A stretch of DNA of 64,000 bases from assembly GCA_038234075.1 (NCBI GenBank), contig JBBSUV010000003.1:65136-129135 (forward strand), in the 5' to 3' direction. Shown here one piece after another: positions 1 to 9,702 of the stretch. Position 1 is the first letter of the stretch, and the number at the start of each line of letters is the position of its first letter. The notes beneath the pieces are model-generated. The model was given only the letters and a program-made list of their open reading frames with translations. It had not been told where the DNA came from and did not search any database. Made by a program: the position numbers and the translations under genes. Origin of the DNA: Flavobacteriales bacterium (GTDB lineage: Bacteria; Bacteroidota; Bacteroidia; Flavobacteriales_F; PHOS-HE28).

Positions 1-328
1 AGGTATCGGACGTGGAAGGCACTTCGAAATCGAATCGCATGTTGGGGCGGATGATGCGGCCGTCCACATCGAATTTCACCGTGGACCAAGGGCCTGCGGC
101 AAATGCGAACGGTGCTTCATCCCCCGTGATCAAGCCTCCTTCCTTGGTCAAACGCGCGGCGCCTGCGTCCGGCAATGTCCCACTGATATTGCGGGGGCTG
201 CTACCGATCAGCATCTTCACGCTGTTCTTCACGACATGCTGCTGTGCAGTGGTCATCCATTGCCAGACCAAGAGCCCTGCCCCAACGAGGATGACCAGGA
301 CACCGATGATGCGCAGGAACCTCTTCAC
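1..328 (-). CDS. hypothetical membrane-anchored protein, partial (3' end lies beyond window start)
   Basis: Minus-strand frame is open from the window edge up to GTG(~328) or ATG(~255). The N-terminus carries a hydrophobic helix, RFLRIIGVLVILVGAGLLVW. It is absent from the ORF table because no stop falls inside the window. Confidence 0.3.
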   Translation of the reverse strand, partial: MKRFLRIIGVLVILVGAGLLVWQWMTTAQQHVVKNSVKMLIGSSPRNISGTLPDAGAARLTKEGGLITGDEAPFAFAAGPWSTVKFDVDGRIIRPNMRFDFEVPSTSDT

Positions 329-376
329 GCGGCGAAAGTAACCGGAATACAGGTGGGCTTCAGGGCTGCGCAGCGG

Positions 377-1105
377 TCACACCAAAGCGATATCCTTCTC
401 CTTCACCACCGCCTCCCCGCGTAGCCGCAGGAAGAGCTGAGCCGTGGCCACCACGTCCTTCTTGCAGTAGGTGGCGATGCGTTCAATGTCCTTGTCCTCG
501 TAGTAGACCCGCGCCACGTCAGCACCCGAGATATCGTCCTTGGGCGTGGGAATGCCGAGGATGTGGGTGAGCAGCGCCAGCGAGGTGAAGTTCTTGCGGT
601 CCCCGAAGCTCCACATGGTCATGGTGTCCAGGAAGCCCACTTCCCACGGTTTCAATCCGCCCACGTCGAGCAGCTTCGGCAGCTTGATGCCGTGCACGAT
701 GCAGCGGCGCGCGATCCACGGAAAATCGAACTCCTTGCCGTTGTGGCCGCACAGCCAGTGTTCTTCAGTGCTGTAGTTCTTGTTGAGCATATCCACGAAG
801 CGATGGAGCACTTCGCGCTCGTCATCGCCGTGGAACGAGGTGACGCGCATGGCGTGGCCGATGCCTTCCCGCTTCAGCCCGCCCACACCGATGCAGATGA
901 TCTTCCCGAACTCGGAGAAGATGCCGGCCTTATCGCCGTAAACCTCTTCGGCTGTCTTCCCGCTGCGTTCCTGATCGAAGCGTGTCTTGTCCCCGAAGAG
1001 TTTCGCGGTGCGTTCATCCAGCTCACTGAACTCCTGGACGGCGGGCACGGTCTCGATGTCGAGGAAGAGGATCTTGCTGAGGTCTTTCACGTGGTCGGCT
1101 CGCAT
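377..1105 (-). CDS. RNase-H-like 3'-5' exonuclease (PolB exonuclease-domain-like, COG3298-type)
   Basis: 242-aa ORF with N-terminal ILFLDIETVP (DEDD exo I motif) and downstream acidic/His motifs typical of the predicted PolB-like exonuclease family. Confidence 0.55.
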   Translation of the reverse strand: MRADHVKDLSKILFLDIETVPAVQEFSELDERTAKLFGDKTRFDQERSGKTAEEVYGDKAGIFSEFGKIICIGVGGLKREGIGHAMRVTSFHGDDEREVLHRFVDMLNKNYSTEEHWLCGHNGKEFDFPWIARRCIVHGIKLPKLLDVGGLKPWEVGFLDTMTMWSFGDRKNFTSLALLTHILGIPTPKDDISGADVARVYYEDKDIERIATYCKKDVVATAQLFLRLRGEAVVKEKDIALV

Positions 1106-1153
1106 GTCTTCTTGGTTTTGAGATTTGGCAACCTTGGACTTTTTGTGGGTACT

Positions 1154-1227
1154 GGAGGTAAGGGATGTAAGGGATGTCAGGGAGGGGCTACCATCACCTC
1201 CATCACGCCCTTTACCTCCCTTACCCC
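1154..1227. repeat. GTAAGGGA-type repeat plus inverted copy forming a hairpin immediately 3' of the four-helix-bundle gene
   Basis: GGAGGTAAGGGATGTAAGGGATGTCAGGGAGGGG is followed by CCCTTTACCTCCCTTACCCC, its near reverse complement. It probably acts as a terminator. The left end is a near-perfect inverted match to 1755-1777. Confidence 0.5.
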
Positions 1228-1229
1228 AA

Positions 1230-1625
1230 TCACCTCCGTTTCTTCCGATCCTCCAGACTCACAATGAATTTCAGTAATGCAGTACTCAGGCCATTCAAAA
1301 GGTCGATGGTCGGCTTAGTATCTGCTTCAGTTACAAATCCCTGACCAACGGCGATCAGCAACTGCGTCTCGATCTCCGCGACCGATCCACGGGCGTAGGT
1401 GAGACCGAGTTGAAGAAAACCGACCTTATTCCTGGCCCAACCTTCAGCCACGTTGGATGGCACCGAAACCGCAGCCCTTCTTAATTGTGATGTAAGACCG
1501 TACAACTCATCTTTAGGAAACTTACGGGTCAAGGTATATATCGTGGTGGTCAACGCCATTCCCTGTGACCACACCCAAAGGTCCTTGAACCCTTTCGCCG
1601 GCCGGCCGTCAGGCTCGGATACCAT
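1230..1625 (-). CDS. four helix bundle protein (23S rRNA intervening-sequence protein family)
   Basis: FKDLWVWSQGMALTTTIYTLTRKFPKDELYGLTSQLRRAAVSVPSNVAEGWAR...SVAEIETQL is diagnostic of TIGR02436-type proteins. The start was chosen at MVSEPDG; the upstream in-frame ATGs at 1709 and 1754 are less likely. Confidence 0.75.
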   Translation of the reverse strand: MVSEPDGRPAKGFKDLWVWSQGMALTTTIYTLTRKFPKDELYGLTSQLRRAAVSVPSNVAEGWARNKVGFLQLGLTYARGSVAEIETQLLIAVGQGFVTEADTKPTIDLLNGLSTALLKFIVSLEDRKKRR

Positions 1626-1754
1626 GGAGACCTCCGAACCGGGTTCAAAATATCCCTCCAACAGCCAGTCACGTTCCTGAGGGTCATAGCTTGCAAAGAC
1701 ATCTTCCATTTGTATGTGGGCTTGATGGTCGATCAGTACCAAGGAGAGGAACAC

Positions 1755-1777
1755 CCTCCCTTACTTCCCTTACCTCC
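1755..1777. repeat. terminal inverted repeat partner of 1154-1176, followed by a ~60-bp polypyrimidine (CT) tract
   Basis: The reverse complement is GGAGGTAAGGGAAGTAAGGGAGGG, versus GGAGGTAAGGGATGTAAGGGATG at the other flank. The CT-rich tract runs 1778-1830. Confidence 0.5.
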
Positions 1778-1817
1778 TTCTCATCCCTTCCCTCCCTTTC
1801 TTCCCTACCTCCTTCTC

Positions 1818-2993
1818 TCACTCCGGTTTCTCCGCCGCCAAAGCCCGAGCGATCTCCGTGTACTGGAACACGTCCTTCGGATGGCCCACATCGTTATGCT
1901 CCTCCCACTTCATTCCCGTGCGCACCATGATCAAGCGCTCCTGCGGGATCACCACCACATATTCGCCATGGAAACCGCGGCAGTAGTACATCTGCATGCC
2001 GTCCACCGTTGCGAGCCACCAGTAGTAGCCGTAGCGCGCGTTGGGTTCACCCTTGTCCATCACCTTCGCTGGTGTGATCGATTCCTTCCAGTATTCCTCG
2101 GGAACGATGCGCGTCCCCTTCCACATGCCGCTGTCCAACCACAATTGGCCAATGCGCCCGAAGTCACGCGCTGTGGCGTAGAGGCAGCAGAAGGCCTTGA
2201 AATCGCCATCCTTGCGGTCCTTGCCCCAGTACGCATCGTGCTCGGCGCCGAGCGGCTTCCAGATCTTCTCGCGCACCAGTTCGTCCAAGGGCTTGTTGTA
2301 GATCTTCTGTAGCACATCGCACATGATCTGCGTGCTTCCGCTGATGTAGTCGAACTCCTGCCCGGGTTCTTCGCTGCACGGCTGGTCCATCGCCAGTCGG
2401 CTCACATCGGTCCCATAGTAGCCCTTGGCATTGTCGCTGAACGGGTTGGCACCGCTCTCGCTCCAGTCCAGGCCGGTGCTCATGGTGAGCAGGTTCCACA
2501 AGGTGATCTTCTGGTGGCATCCATCGAACGTGTCGAACTCCGGCAAGTAGTGCCCCACCGGCGTCTGCAGGTCGGTGATCTTGCCCTCCTTCATCGCCAC
2601 GCCCACCAGCACGCTGATGTAGCTCTTCGCCACGCTGAAGCTGTTGCTCACCGAATCTTCGCGCCAGCCGTCGAAGTAGTCCTCGAAGAGCAGGCTGTCA
2701 TCCTTGATCACCACGAAGCCCACGGTGTTCAGCTTTTGGAGCGCGACCACCTGTGCATCGGTGAGTGACAGCTTGCCATAGCGCGGACTCTTTGGCCACG
2801 GCTGCGGATCGTCTGCAGGGATGGTGTTGTAGGGGAAGAAGTTGCGGTCGTCGATCTCCGGTCCTCCGCGCCCTTTCAGGTAGGTGAAGCGCACGCCCTT
2901 CACCAAATGGCCATTACCGGTGACATAGCAGAGGGCGATCAGTATCGCGATGATACCGACGAGCCAGAGGAGGAACTTGATGAGGGTGCGCAT
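1818..2993 (-). CDS. serine hydrolase / beta-lactamase-family protein (class C-like), N-terminal membrane anchor
   Basis: 391 aa with an N-terminal TM/signal (LLWLVGIIAILIALC), an S-x-x-K motif (SVAK) and a YxN-type downstream region. It has the length and organisation of PBP/beta-lactamase-fold esterases. Confidence 0.6.
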   Translation of the reverse strand: MRTLIKFLLWLVGIIAILIALCYVTGNGHLVKGVRFTYLKGRGGPEIDDRNFFPYNTIPADDPQPWPKSPRYGKLSLTDAQVVALQKLNTVGFVVIKDDSLLFEDYFDGWREDSVSNSFSVAKSYISVLVGVAMKEGKITDLQTPVGHYLPEFDTFDGCHQKITLWNLLTMSTGLDWSESGANPFSDNAKGYYGTDVSRLAMDQPCSEEPGQEFDYISGSTQIMCDVLQKIYNKPLDELVREKIWKPLGAEHDAYWGKDRKDGDFKAFCCLYATARDFGRIGQLWLDSGMWKGTRIVPEEYWKESITPAKVMDKGEPNARYGYYWWLATVDGMQMYYCRGFHGEYVVVIPQERLIMVRTGMKWEEHNDVGHPKDVFQYTEIARALAAEKPE

Positions 2994-3394
2994 GGTGGAG
3001 TGTTGCGGTCCGAAAGTAAGTGCCTGAGCGCACTTCTATTGAACACGCTACCTTTGGTATATGCGGAAGCACAAGAGAGAAGCTCGGGAAAAGAAGGTGA
3101 AGAAGACTGCAGGGGAACAATCCGCTCAGCCAGTTCCTAAATTGCTCGATGCCAAGAAATTCCACGGCATTATTCCGTCGTTCTCGAAAATTACGTTGGA
3201 GGAAATGCGCTCTTGGCGCGATGACCGGTAACTTGATCTTCGCAACAAGAAGCTTGAACAAGCGAACTCGCCTGCTCTGAGCGAATTGCTTCACACCAGT
3301 TCCACGTCGAACAGGTCCGCCAGCTACTACTTCAAGCGATGCTCGCCTCTTCCAGCATTACCGCAGATCGAACACGTTCTCGGCGCAGAAGCCT

Positions 3395-6025
3395 TCAAGA
3401 CTCCTCCACCTCCAGCAGCGCCGCAGGAATGAAGAACAAGTCCAGGTCGTGGTCGTAGGCCAGGAACTTATCGCTCCACGCGGGGCCGAACTTTTCCTTG
3501 AAGGAGCGCAAGCCCTTGTAGTGGGAGAAGCGTGCGATGCGCTCATAAGCGAATTTCAAGGCGCGCTCCGGGAGGTCCTTCGCTTGGGTGATGCCGGACA
3601 TGGGCACCAGCCCGAGGTTCACATGCGTGTAGCCTTCCGCCTTGAAGTGCGCGAAGAGCTTCACCATCAGGAAATCGGTGACGTAGCCCGGAGCATCCTC
3701 AACGGTGCGTAACAGGTCATAAGTAGCCTCGCCCGGCACACCGTCCGGAATGATGTTGGTGAAGGCCAACACACGGCCACCTTCATTCTCCACGGTCAGG
3801 ATCGTATCCTGCCGAAGCTGCGCCTCATCGTACACGCCTTGTGAGAAACCCGCTTCCTGCTTACCCGTTGCCAGCCATTCCGTGCTGACGGACTTCAACT
3901 TCTGGAGCACGCCATCGGACACCGGTGCTGGATAGGTCACCAGTACCAGCCCTTCGCGCTCCGCACGGCTCAGGCTATTGCGCAGCGTCTTCTGGTCCTT
4001 GCCCGCCAGATTGAACGAGGTGAGATCGAGCACGGCCTCTTGGCCGATCGGCAGGACCTTCTTGCCCATGGCCTTCAGTCTTGCAGCATCGGTGGCACCC
4101 ACCCGGTAGTACACCGGCCGCAGGTTGTTCTCCCGGCAATTAATGTCGAACGCATGCACCAACGCATCACGCTCCGCATCGGTCGCCGCCGTCGGCATGC
4201 CCAAGACGATCGCATAGCCCTTGGCCGTTCCGTACGAAACGAATCCTTGGCTGCCTTCGGGCAGGAACAGTTGCTTGTCCGCTAACAGCTTGAACTGGTC
4301 CAATGGCGAATCACCCCATTTCTGCAACATCGCCTTGGCCCTTTCGTGTTCCTCGCTGTCCGTGCTGCTGTCAGCGGTCCATGGGCGCCACAAGGCGTAA
4401 AGGCCGAAGGTGATCGCGCAGGCGAAGGCCACGCGCAGGCCCACGATGAACTCCTTGGCGAAGTGCGTATGCGCCACCAGCCCGTCCTGGCCGAATAGGA
4501 AGACGACCTTCAAGGTGTTCGCGATGGACTGGCGCAAGGTGAAGTCGATGTTGAAGTCGCGCCGATCGAGGAAATAAAAGCCCACGATACCGAAGACCAG
4601 CACGCCACCGATCGAGGCCACCAGCACGGTAATGCCGGTGTAGCGCTTGCGCCGATCGCCTTTCACGCGGTACTGAGCGTGTGTATAGAGCAGCACGAGG
4701 ACCATGATCAGTGCCAGGACGGCCCCCATTATGGCGAAGTGCTTACCGAGGTGTCCGACCATCGAGGCCAGCGCCAGCAGCAGTGCGAACCACCACGCCA
4801 GCCGCAAGCCGCGCACCAGCGCCACGGAGACGAAGAGCAGCAGCAACCCGGCAACCAGGATGGTGATCGAACTGGCATCGATGGTGGCCGAGGGGACCAG
4901 CCCGTGCAACACACGCATGCGGTGGGCAGCCGCAGGGCTTGCTGCGGAGACGATGTTCACCACGCCCAGGATCAATGCCATTAACGCAGGCAACAGGCGC
5001 AGCGTGAGGCTGCTGCGGCCGCGGATGAAGCTGAGCACACCCCAGACCAAGGGCAGCCAGAATTCGAACAAGCGGAAGAGTAGTACGGCGGCGAGCGCCT
5101 GTGCTTCATGCACTCCATAACGTGTAAGTACCACGGTCATCGATACCTCGATCGCGCCGAGGCCGCGCAGGAATGGTGAAGCGATCAACAGCAACACCGC
5201 CACCACATAGCCCACCGCCGCCAGCTCCCAATGCCCACCCAGGCCCAAGGCTTGCATCGCCACATAGAGGTGCGCCATGCCCACGAATTCGATCGCCATT
5301 GAGGCCAGAAGCGTTTTCACCACTTCGCTGCGTTTCACATGGCCTTGGCCCATTTCCTCCAGCACAGCGCCCAAGGAGGGATCCAACTTGGTCGCCCAGC
5401 GTGCCGCCCAGCCTTGGTGTGTCAGCGAGCGGACCAGCCACAACAACAAAACGATGAGCAGCACCAATGCGACAAAGGCGTAGGCGATATCGCTGGAAAG
5501 CCCATGGACCAGGAAGAGGTATCCCAGCACAGGGACCGCCACCACCACCACCGTTATCAGGCCAGCGATGGCGTAGATCGTGGAAGCGAAATGGATCACC
5601 GTTGGACGTTCCCCACGCTCCTCCAAACTGCGGGTGAACAAGGCGAGCGAGGTGAAGCCTCCTGCCGGAAGGAAGACGCTCGCCAGGTTTCTCCGCAGGT
5701 ACAGGTTCACCGCCTCGCCCCACGTGATCCTGCCGCCAACTGCGCGGAAGCCATACACATACATCGCCGCCTGCAACAGCACATAGACCACCATCAACAC
5801 CAAGCCGACCAGCACCCAGCCCGGCCTTGCAGCGCTGAGACCGTGGACGATACCATGCAGTTCATGCGGCTCGTGGCGGAAGAAATAGACAGCGAGCAAA
5901 ATGCTCATGATGCCCATTGTCACCTGGAACGCACGGCCCAGGTCCAAGCGCGCCCAAAGCGTTCTTAAGCGGGACATCCAGGGGTTCTGCCGTTTCCGAG
6001 GTTCATGGACCAAAGGCCGATTCAA
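3395..6025 (-). CDS. mprF: bifunctional aminoacyl-phosphatidylglycerol flippase/synthase (MprF family, lysyl/alanyl-PG synthase)
   Basis: 876 aa. There are about 14 predicted TM helices, followed by a C-terminal LPG-synthase (DUF2156) domain, QFKLLADKQLFLPEGSQGFVSYG...GDLLR-like, ending LAYDHDLDLFFIPAALLE. Confidence 0.75.
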   Translation of the reverse strand: MNRPLVHEPRKRQNPWMSRLRTLWARLDLGRAFQVTMGIMSILLAVYFFRHEPHELHGIVHGLSAARPGWVLVGLVLMVVYVLLQAAMYVYGFRAVGGRITWGEAVNLYLRRNLASVFLPAGGFTSLALFTRSLEERGERPTVIHFASTIYAIAGLITVVVVAVPVLGYLFLVHGLSSDIAYAFVALVLLIVLLLWLVRSLTHQGWAARWATKLDPSLGAVLEEMGQGHVKRSEVVKTLLASMAIEFVGMAHLYVAMQALGLGGHWELAAVGYVVAVLLLIASPFLRGLGAIEVSMTVVLTRYGVHEAQALAAVLLFRLFEFWLPLVWGVLSFIRGRSSLTLRLLPALMALILGVVNIVSAASPAAAHRMRVLHGLVPSATIDASSITILVAGLLLLFVSVALVRGLRLAWWFALLLALASMVGHLGKHFAIMGAVLALIMVLVLLYTHAQYRVKGDRRKRYTGITVLVASIGGVLVFGIVGFYFLDRRDFNIDFTLRQSIANTLKVVFLFGQDGLVAHTHFAKEFIVGLRVAFACAITFGLYALWRPWTADSSTDSEEHERAKAMLQKWGDSPLDQFKLLADKQLFLPEGSQGFVSYGTAKGYAIVLGMPTAATDAERDALVHAFDINCRENNLRPVYYRVGATDAARLKAMGKKVLPIGQEAVLDLTSFNLAGKDQKTLRNSLSRAEREGLVLVTYPAPVSDGVLQKLKSVSTEWLATGKQEAGFSQGVYDEAQLRQDTILTVENEGGRVLAFTNIIPDGVPGEATYDLLRTVEDAPGYVTDFLMVKLFAHFKAEGYTHVNLGLVPMSGITQAKDLPERALKFAYERIARFSHYKGLRSFKEKFGPAWSDKFLAYDHDLDLFFIPAALLEVEES

Positions 6026-6666
6026 ATGCTTCGCTCCCGGTTCATGCTTCTATACATGGCCCAAGCGAGGGTGAGCAAATAGACGTAGTAAACAACAAGG
6101 TATGCACGCTGCCAAAGACCGAGCCCCCAGCACAAACCGGCCTTTGCCGCACCAAAGAGCAGCATGAACAGACCGCCAAGCAACAGCGTGGCCCAGGATA
6201 TCGCCCGCAGGCGCGGTCCTTGCACAGGCGGTCTTAAAAGCCACACCAGCGGTAGCAGGTATAACGCGGCAGACCCCATCACGCTCATTGCGGCATGGAG
6301 CTTCCCCATCACCGTTAGCACTCCGTCGCTATGGTTGAACGGGAAGATCCCGGATCCCAAACCCTCTCCGATGGCATAAAGCATAAGGAGCCAGGCAGCC
6401 AAGCTCATCCGCTTTGCCGTTGGCCAGAACGCCTGCTGCAGTCCCCATGCGAACACGAAGAACAGTAACGCAAGGCATAGGCTCCAAACAGTGAACCATC
6501 CAGCGACCGGGCTGCCTGCCGCTCCCAGGATGCTTTCCGACTGCATCACAGGGTTGTATCCGGGATAGGAACCTGCGAGAATTTCGGGGACCACGACGTC
6601 ACCTGCACAGGCCAGCAGACAGGAGATCACGCCGGCTTTGACCCATGCTGAAGAAGGAGCGCTCAT
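6022..6666 (-). CDS. DUF998-family integral membrane protein
   Basis: Hydrophobic 214-aa ORF starting at internal Met (MSAPSSAWVKAG...). The upstream part of the 296-aa table ORF is Arg/His-rich and non-protein-like. There is a 4-bp overlap with the mprF start, which suggests translational coupling. Confidence 0.5.
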   Translation of the reverse strand: MSAPSSAWVKAGVISCLLACAGDVVVPEILAGSYPGYNPVMQSESILGAAGSPVAGWFTVWSLCLALLFFVFAWGLQQAFWPTAKRMSLAAWLLMLYAIGEGLGSGIFPFNHSDGVLTVMGKLHAAMSVMGSAALYLLPLVWLLRPPVQGPRLRAISWATLLLGGLFMLLFGAAKAGLCWGLGLWQRAYLVVYYVYLLTLAWAMYRSMNRERSI

Positions 6667-6782
6667 CGTTGTGAATGATCCGTACAGTGCGCTATGGAAC
6701 GAGGCATCAGAAGGTCGGCAGAAGTGACAAAGTACGGTCCGGATCCATGGAAGCCGCCGGTGACGACCGGTGCACGTCCGGA

Positions 6783-7487
6783 TCACACTACCAGCTCGAC
6801 ATCGAAGAGGTCCGCCAGTTCCAGCTTCAGCCGGTCCTTTACCCCTTGCATGTCGATCAGCCCACCCAGTTCCTTCGCCATGCAGGTGACGCCCTTGTCG
6901 GTGATGCCGCAAGGCACGATGTGGTCGAAGTAACTGATGTCCGTGTTCACGTTGAACGCGAAGCCGTGCATAGTGACCCAGCGGCTGGCCTTGATACCGA
7001 ACGCGCAGATCTTCCGTGCCTTGGCGGGGTCATCGCCATCGAGCCATACGCCGGTCAATCCATCGATGCGCCCTGCCTTGATCTTGTATGCTTCCAGCGT
7101 GCCGATCACCGCCTCCTCCAAGGTTCGCAGGAAGCGGTGCACATCGGTGAAGTGGTGATCGAGGTCGAAGATGGGATAGCCCACGATCTGGCCCGGGCCG
7201 TGGTAGGTGATGTCGCCGCCGCGATCGATCGGGAAGAACTGGACGCCGGCTTCCCGCAGGCCCTCCTCGTTCAACAGGAGATGCGAGGCCTTACCGCTCT
7301 TGCCCAAGGTATAGACGTGCGGATGCTCACAGAAAAGAAGGTGGTCCTCCGTGGGCACTTGCTGCTCCGGCGGCAGGTCGCGGTTGGCCACCTTCCGGTC
7401 GATGATGGCTTGGAATAGCTTCTTCTGGTAGTCCCACGCAGCAGCGTATTCAATGGGGCCGAGGTCTTGAAAATGGATCGTTTTCAC
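6783..7487 (-). CDS. lipB: lipoyl(octanoyl) transferase
   Basis: 234 aa. The motifs HPHVYTLG, RGGDITYHGPGQ and the catalytic Cys region VPCGI are LipB signatures. Confidence 0.9.
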   Translation of the reverse strand: MKTIHFQDLGPIEYAAAWDYQKKLFQAIIDRKVANRDLPPEQQVPTEDHLLFCEHPHVYTLGKSGKASHLLLNEEGLREAGVQFFPIDRGGDITYHGPGQIVGYPIFDLDHHFTDVHRFLRTLEEAVIGTLEAYKIKAGRIDGLTGVWLDGDDPAKARKICAFGIKASRWVTMHGFAFNVNTDISYFDHIVPCGITDKGVTCMAKELGGLIDMQGVKDRLKLELADLFDVELVV

Positions 7488-7863
7488 ACCGCAAAGATCG
7501 GATTGAATGCTTTAACCGCAGAGGAATGCGTTGTTGGTGATGCGCCATTCCAACGCGGCCGCAAGCCCGAATACATCCCGCACGTCATCGCGAAGCCCGC
7601 ATTTGGGGCTGAAGCGATCTCAGGCAACGGAGCTCGATCCCTCTAGCTCGTAATGAACGGGACCTGTCTCCGGAGCCATTCGTCCCTCTATCAGGGGCGG
7701 GTACACTGACGCTCTCAAGTAAGAGATCGCTTCCCGGCTCGGAGGCCGGGACCGAAGACTCCTCGCGATGACTATAGGTGGATCTCGTTGCATGCTTTAC
7801 GATCCGCGTCCTCTGCGGTTAAAATCCTTCCACGATAAAGCCCTCCGTAAATTCGCGGTGCCA

Positions 7864-9702
7864 ATGCCCTCTTCCATAGACGTCCGTGACAAGGTATCCC
7901 TGCTGCCCAACGGGCCCGGGGTGTATCAGTTCTATGACAGCGATGGCAAGATCCTCTACGTCGGCAAGGCCACCAACCTCAAGAGCCGCGTCAGCAGCTA
8001 CTTCGCGAAGAACCACCCCGACGGCAAGACCCGGGCGTTGGTGAGCCACATCGCCGACCTGCGCACCATCGTGGTGGAGACGCCCTATGATGCGCTGTTG
8101 CTGGAGAACTCACTGATCAAGGAATATCAGCCGCGCTACAACATCATGTTGCGCGACGATAAGAGCTATCCGTGGATCCGCATCCGCAACGAGCATTATC
8201 CGCGCATCGAGGGCATGCGCAATCCCGAGGACGATGGCTCGGAATACATCGGCCCCTTCGCCTCCGTGCGCGCAATGCGTACGCTGCTGAAGCTCGTACA
8301 TCAGCTCTATAAATTGCGCACCTGCAACTACGACCTCAGCCCGGCGAACGTCGCCAAAGGCAAGTACAAGCGCTGCCTGGAATACCACCTCGGCAACTGC
8401 AAGGCACCCTGCGAAGGATTGCAGGATGAGGCGGAGTACAACGCGAACGTCGCACAGGCCAGGCAATTGGTGAAAGGACGCATCAGCGGCGTGGTGCGGC
8501 TGCTGAAAGAGCAGATGCACGCCCATGCCGAAAAGCTCGAATTCGAGCAGGCCGAAGAGGTGCGCGATCAGCTCGAGCAGTTGGAGAAGTACCAGGCCCG
8601 CAGCACCGTGGTGAACCCGGACATCGGCGATGTGGACGTGTTCGGGCTGGCGCGGAACACCTTCAGCACCTACGTGAACTACCTGCGCGTGATCGATGGC
8701 GCCATCGTGCAAGGCATCACCATCGAGCTGAAACGCAAACTGGACGAACCGGACGACGAGGTGCTGCAATTCGCCATCGCCGAGCTGCGCCAGCGCTACC
8801 GCAGCAATGCGCCGGAAGCCATCGTGCCCATGGAGCCGGGCATCGACATGCCGGACCTGCGCTTCACCGTACCCCAACGCGGCGACAAAAAGCACCTGCT
8901 GGACCTGAGCGTGCGCAACGCTCAGTACTTCATGCTGGACAAGCAAAAGCAGGAATCACTGGTGGACCCCGAGGCGGCCACCAACCGCATCCTCGAACAG
9001 CTCAAGCAGGATCTGCGCCTCAGCGAGCTGCCGCGCCACATCGAATGCTTCGACAACAGCAACACCCAGGGCACCGACCCCGTGAGCGCCTGCGTGGTCT
9101 TCAAGGACGCCAAGCCCAGCAAGAAGGATTACCGCCACTTCAACATCCGCACGGTGGTAGGCCCGGACGATTTCGCCAGTATGGAAGAAGCCGTGGAACG
9201 ACGTTATGCACGGTTGGTGACAGAGGGCGAACCTCTGCCGCAACTCGTGGTGATCGATGGCGGCAAAGGCCAGTTGCACGCCGCACTGAACGTCTTCGAC
9301 CGGCTCGGCCTACGCGGGAAGATCGCTGTGGTGGGCATCGCGAAGAACCTCGAGGAGATCTTCTTCCCCGGCGATCCATATCCGCTTTACATCGACAAGC
9401 GCAGCACCAGCCTGCGACTGATCCAGCACATGCGCAACGAGGCGCACCGCTTCGGCATCACGCACCACCGCAGCAAGCGCAGCAAGCGCACCGTGCGCAC
9501 TGCTTTGGAGGACATCCCCGGAGTCGGCCCCGGCACCGCGCAGAAATTGCTCAAGCGTTTCGGCTCCATCAAAGGCATCCGTGAAGCGAGCAGCGAAGAG
9601 GTGGTAGCAGAGATCGGTGCGAAGAAGGCGGAGGTGGTGCTGAAGGGGTTGGCTGTGGTATCTTTGAATGAGACCCAAGCCAATGACCAAGCTCGACCTT
9701 AA
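7864..9702 (+). CDS. uvrC: excinuclease ABC subunit C
   Basis: The GIY-YIG N-terminus (PGVYQFYDSDGKILYVGKATNLKSRVSSYF), the UvrBC motif and the C-terminal (HhH)2 are present. The start is placed at the internal ATG 7864. The last ~18 codons are rewritten by the insertion at 9648. Confidence 0.9.
   Translation: MPSSIDVRDKVSLLPNGPGVYQFYDSDGKILYVGKATNLKSRVSSYFAKNHPDGKTRALVSHIADLRTIVVETPYDALLLENSLIKEYQPRYNIMLRDDKSYPWIRIRNEHYPRIEGMRNPEDDGSEYIGPFASVRAMRTLLKLVHQLYKLRTCNYDLSPANVAKGKYKRCLEYHLGNCKAPCEGLQDEAEYNANVAQARQLVKGRISGVVRLLKEQMHAHAEKLEFEQAEEVRDQLEQLEKYQARSTVVNPDIGDVDVFGLARNTFSTYVNYLRVIDGAIVQGITIELKRKLDEPDDEVLQFAIAELRQRYRSNAPEAIVPMEPGIDMPDLRFTVPQRGDKKHLLDLSVRNAQYFMLDKQKQESLVDPEAATNRILEQLKQDLRLSELPRHIECFDNSNTQGTDPVSACVVFKDAKPSKKDYRHFNIRTVVGPDDFASMEEAVERRYARLVTEGEPLPQLVVIDGGKGQLHAALNVFDRLGLRGKIAVVGIAKNLEEIFFPGDPYPLYIDKRSTSLRLIQHMRNEAHRFGITHHRSKRSKRTVRTALEDIPGVGPGTAQKLLKRFGSIKGIREASSEEVVAEIGAKKAEVVLKGLAVVSLNETQANDQARP
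9606..9647. repeat. 42-bp direct repeat copy 1 (inside uvrC 3' end)
   Basis: AGCAGAGATCGGTGCGAAGAAGGCGGAGGTGGTGCTGAAGGG is identical to 10221-10262. Confidence 0.9.

Noticed and set aside
563-1267. 234-aa plus-strand ORF overlapping the exonuclease gene
   Set aside because: It is antisense to a well-supported DEDD exonuclease ORF, and its Ala/Gly/Val/Asp-rich composition has no motifs.
7488-7863. 376-bp divergent lipB/uvrC spacer as possible riboswitch or ncRNA
   Set aside because: It is GC-rich with some stem potential, but I could not match it to any known riboswitch consensus by eye, so it is left uncalled.
8110-9584. Several 100-280-aa ORFs on both strands inside uvrC
   Set aside because: They overlap the uvrC coding frame, which has strong motif support, and are high-GC frame artefacts.
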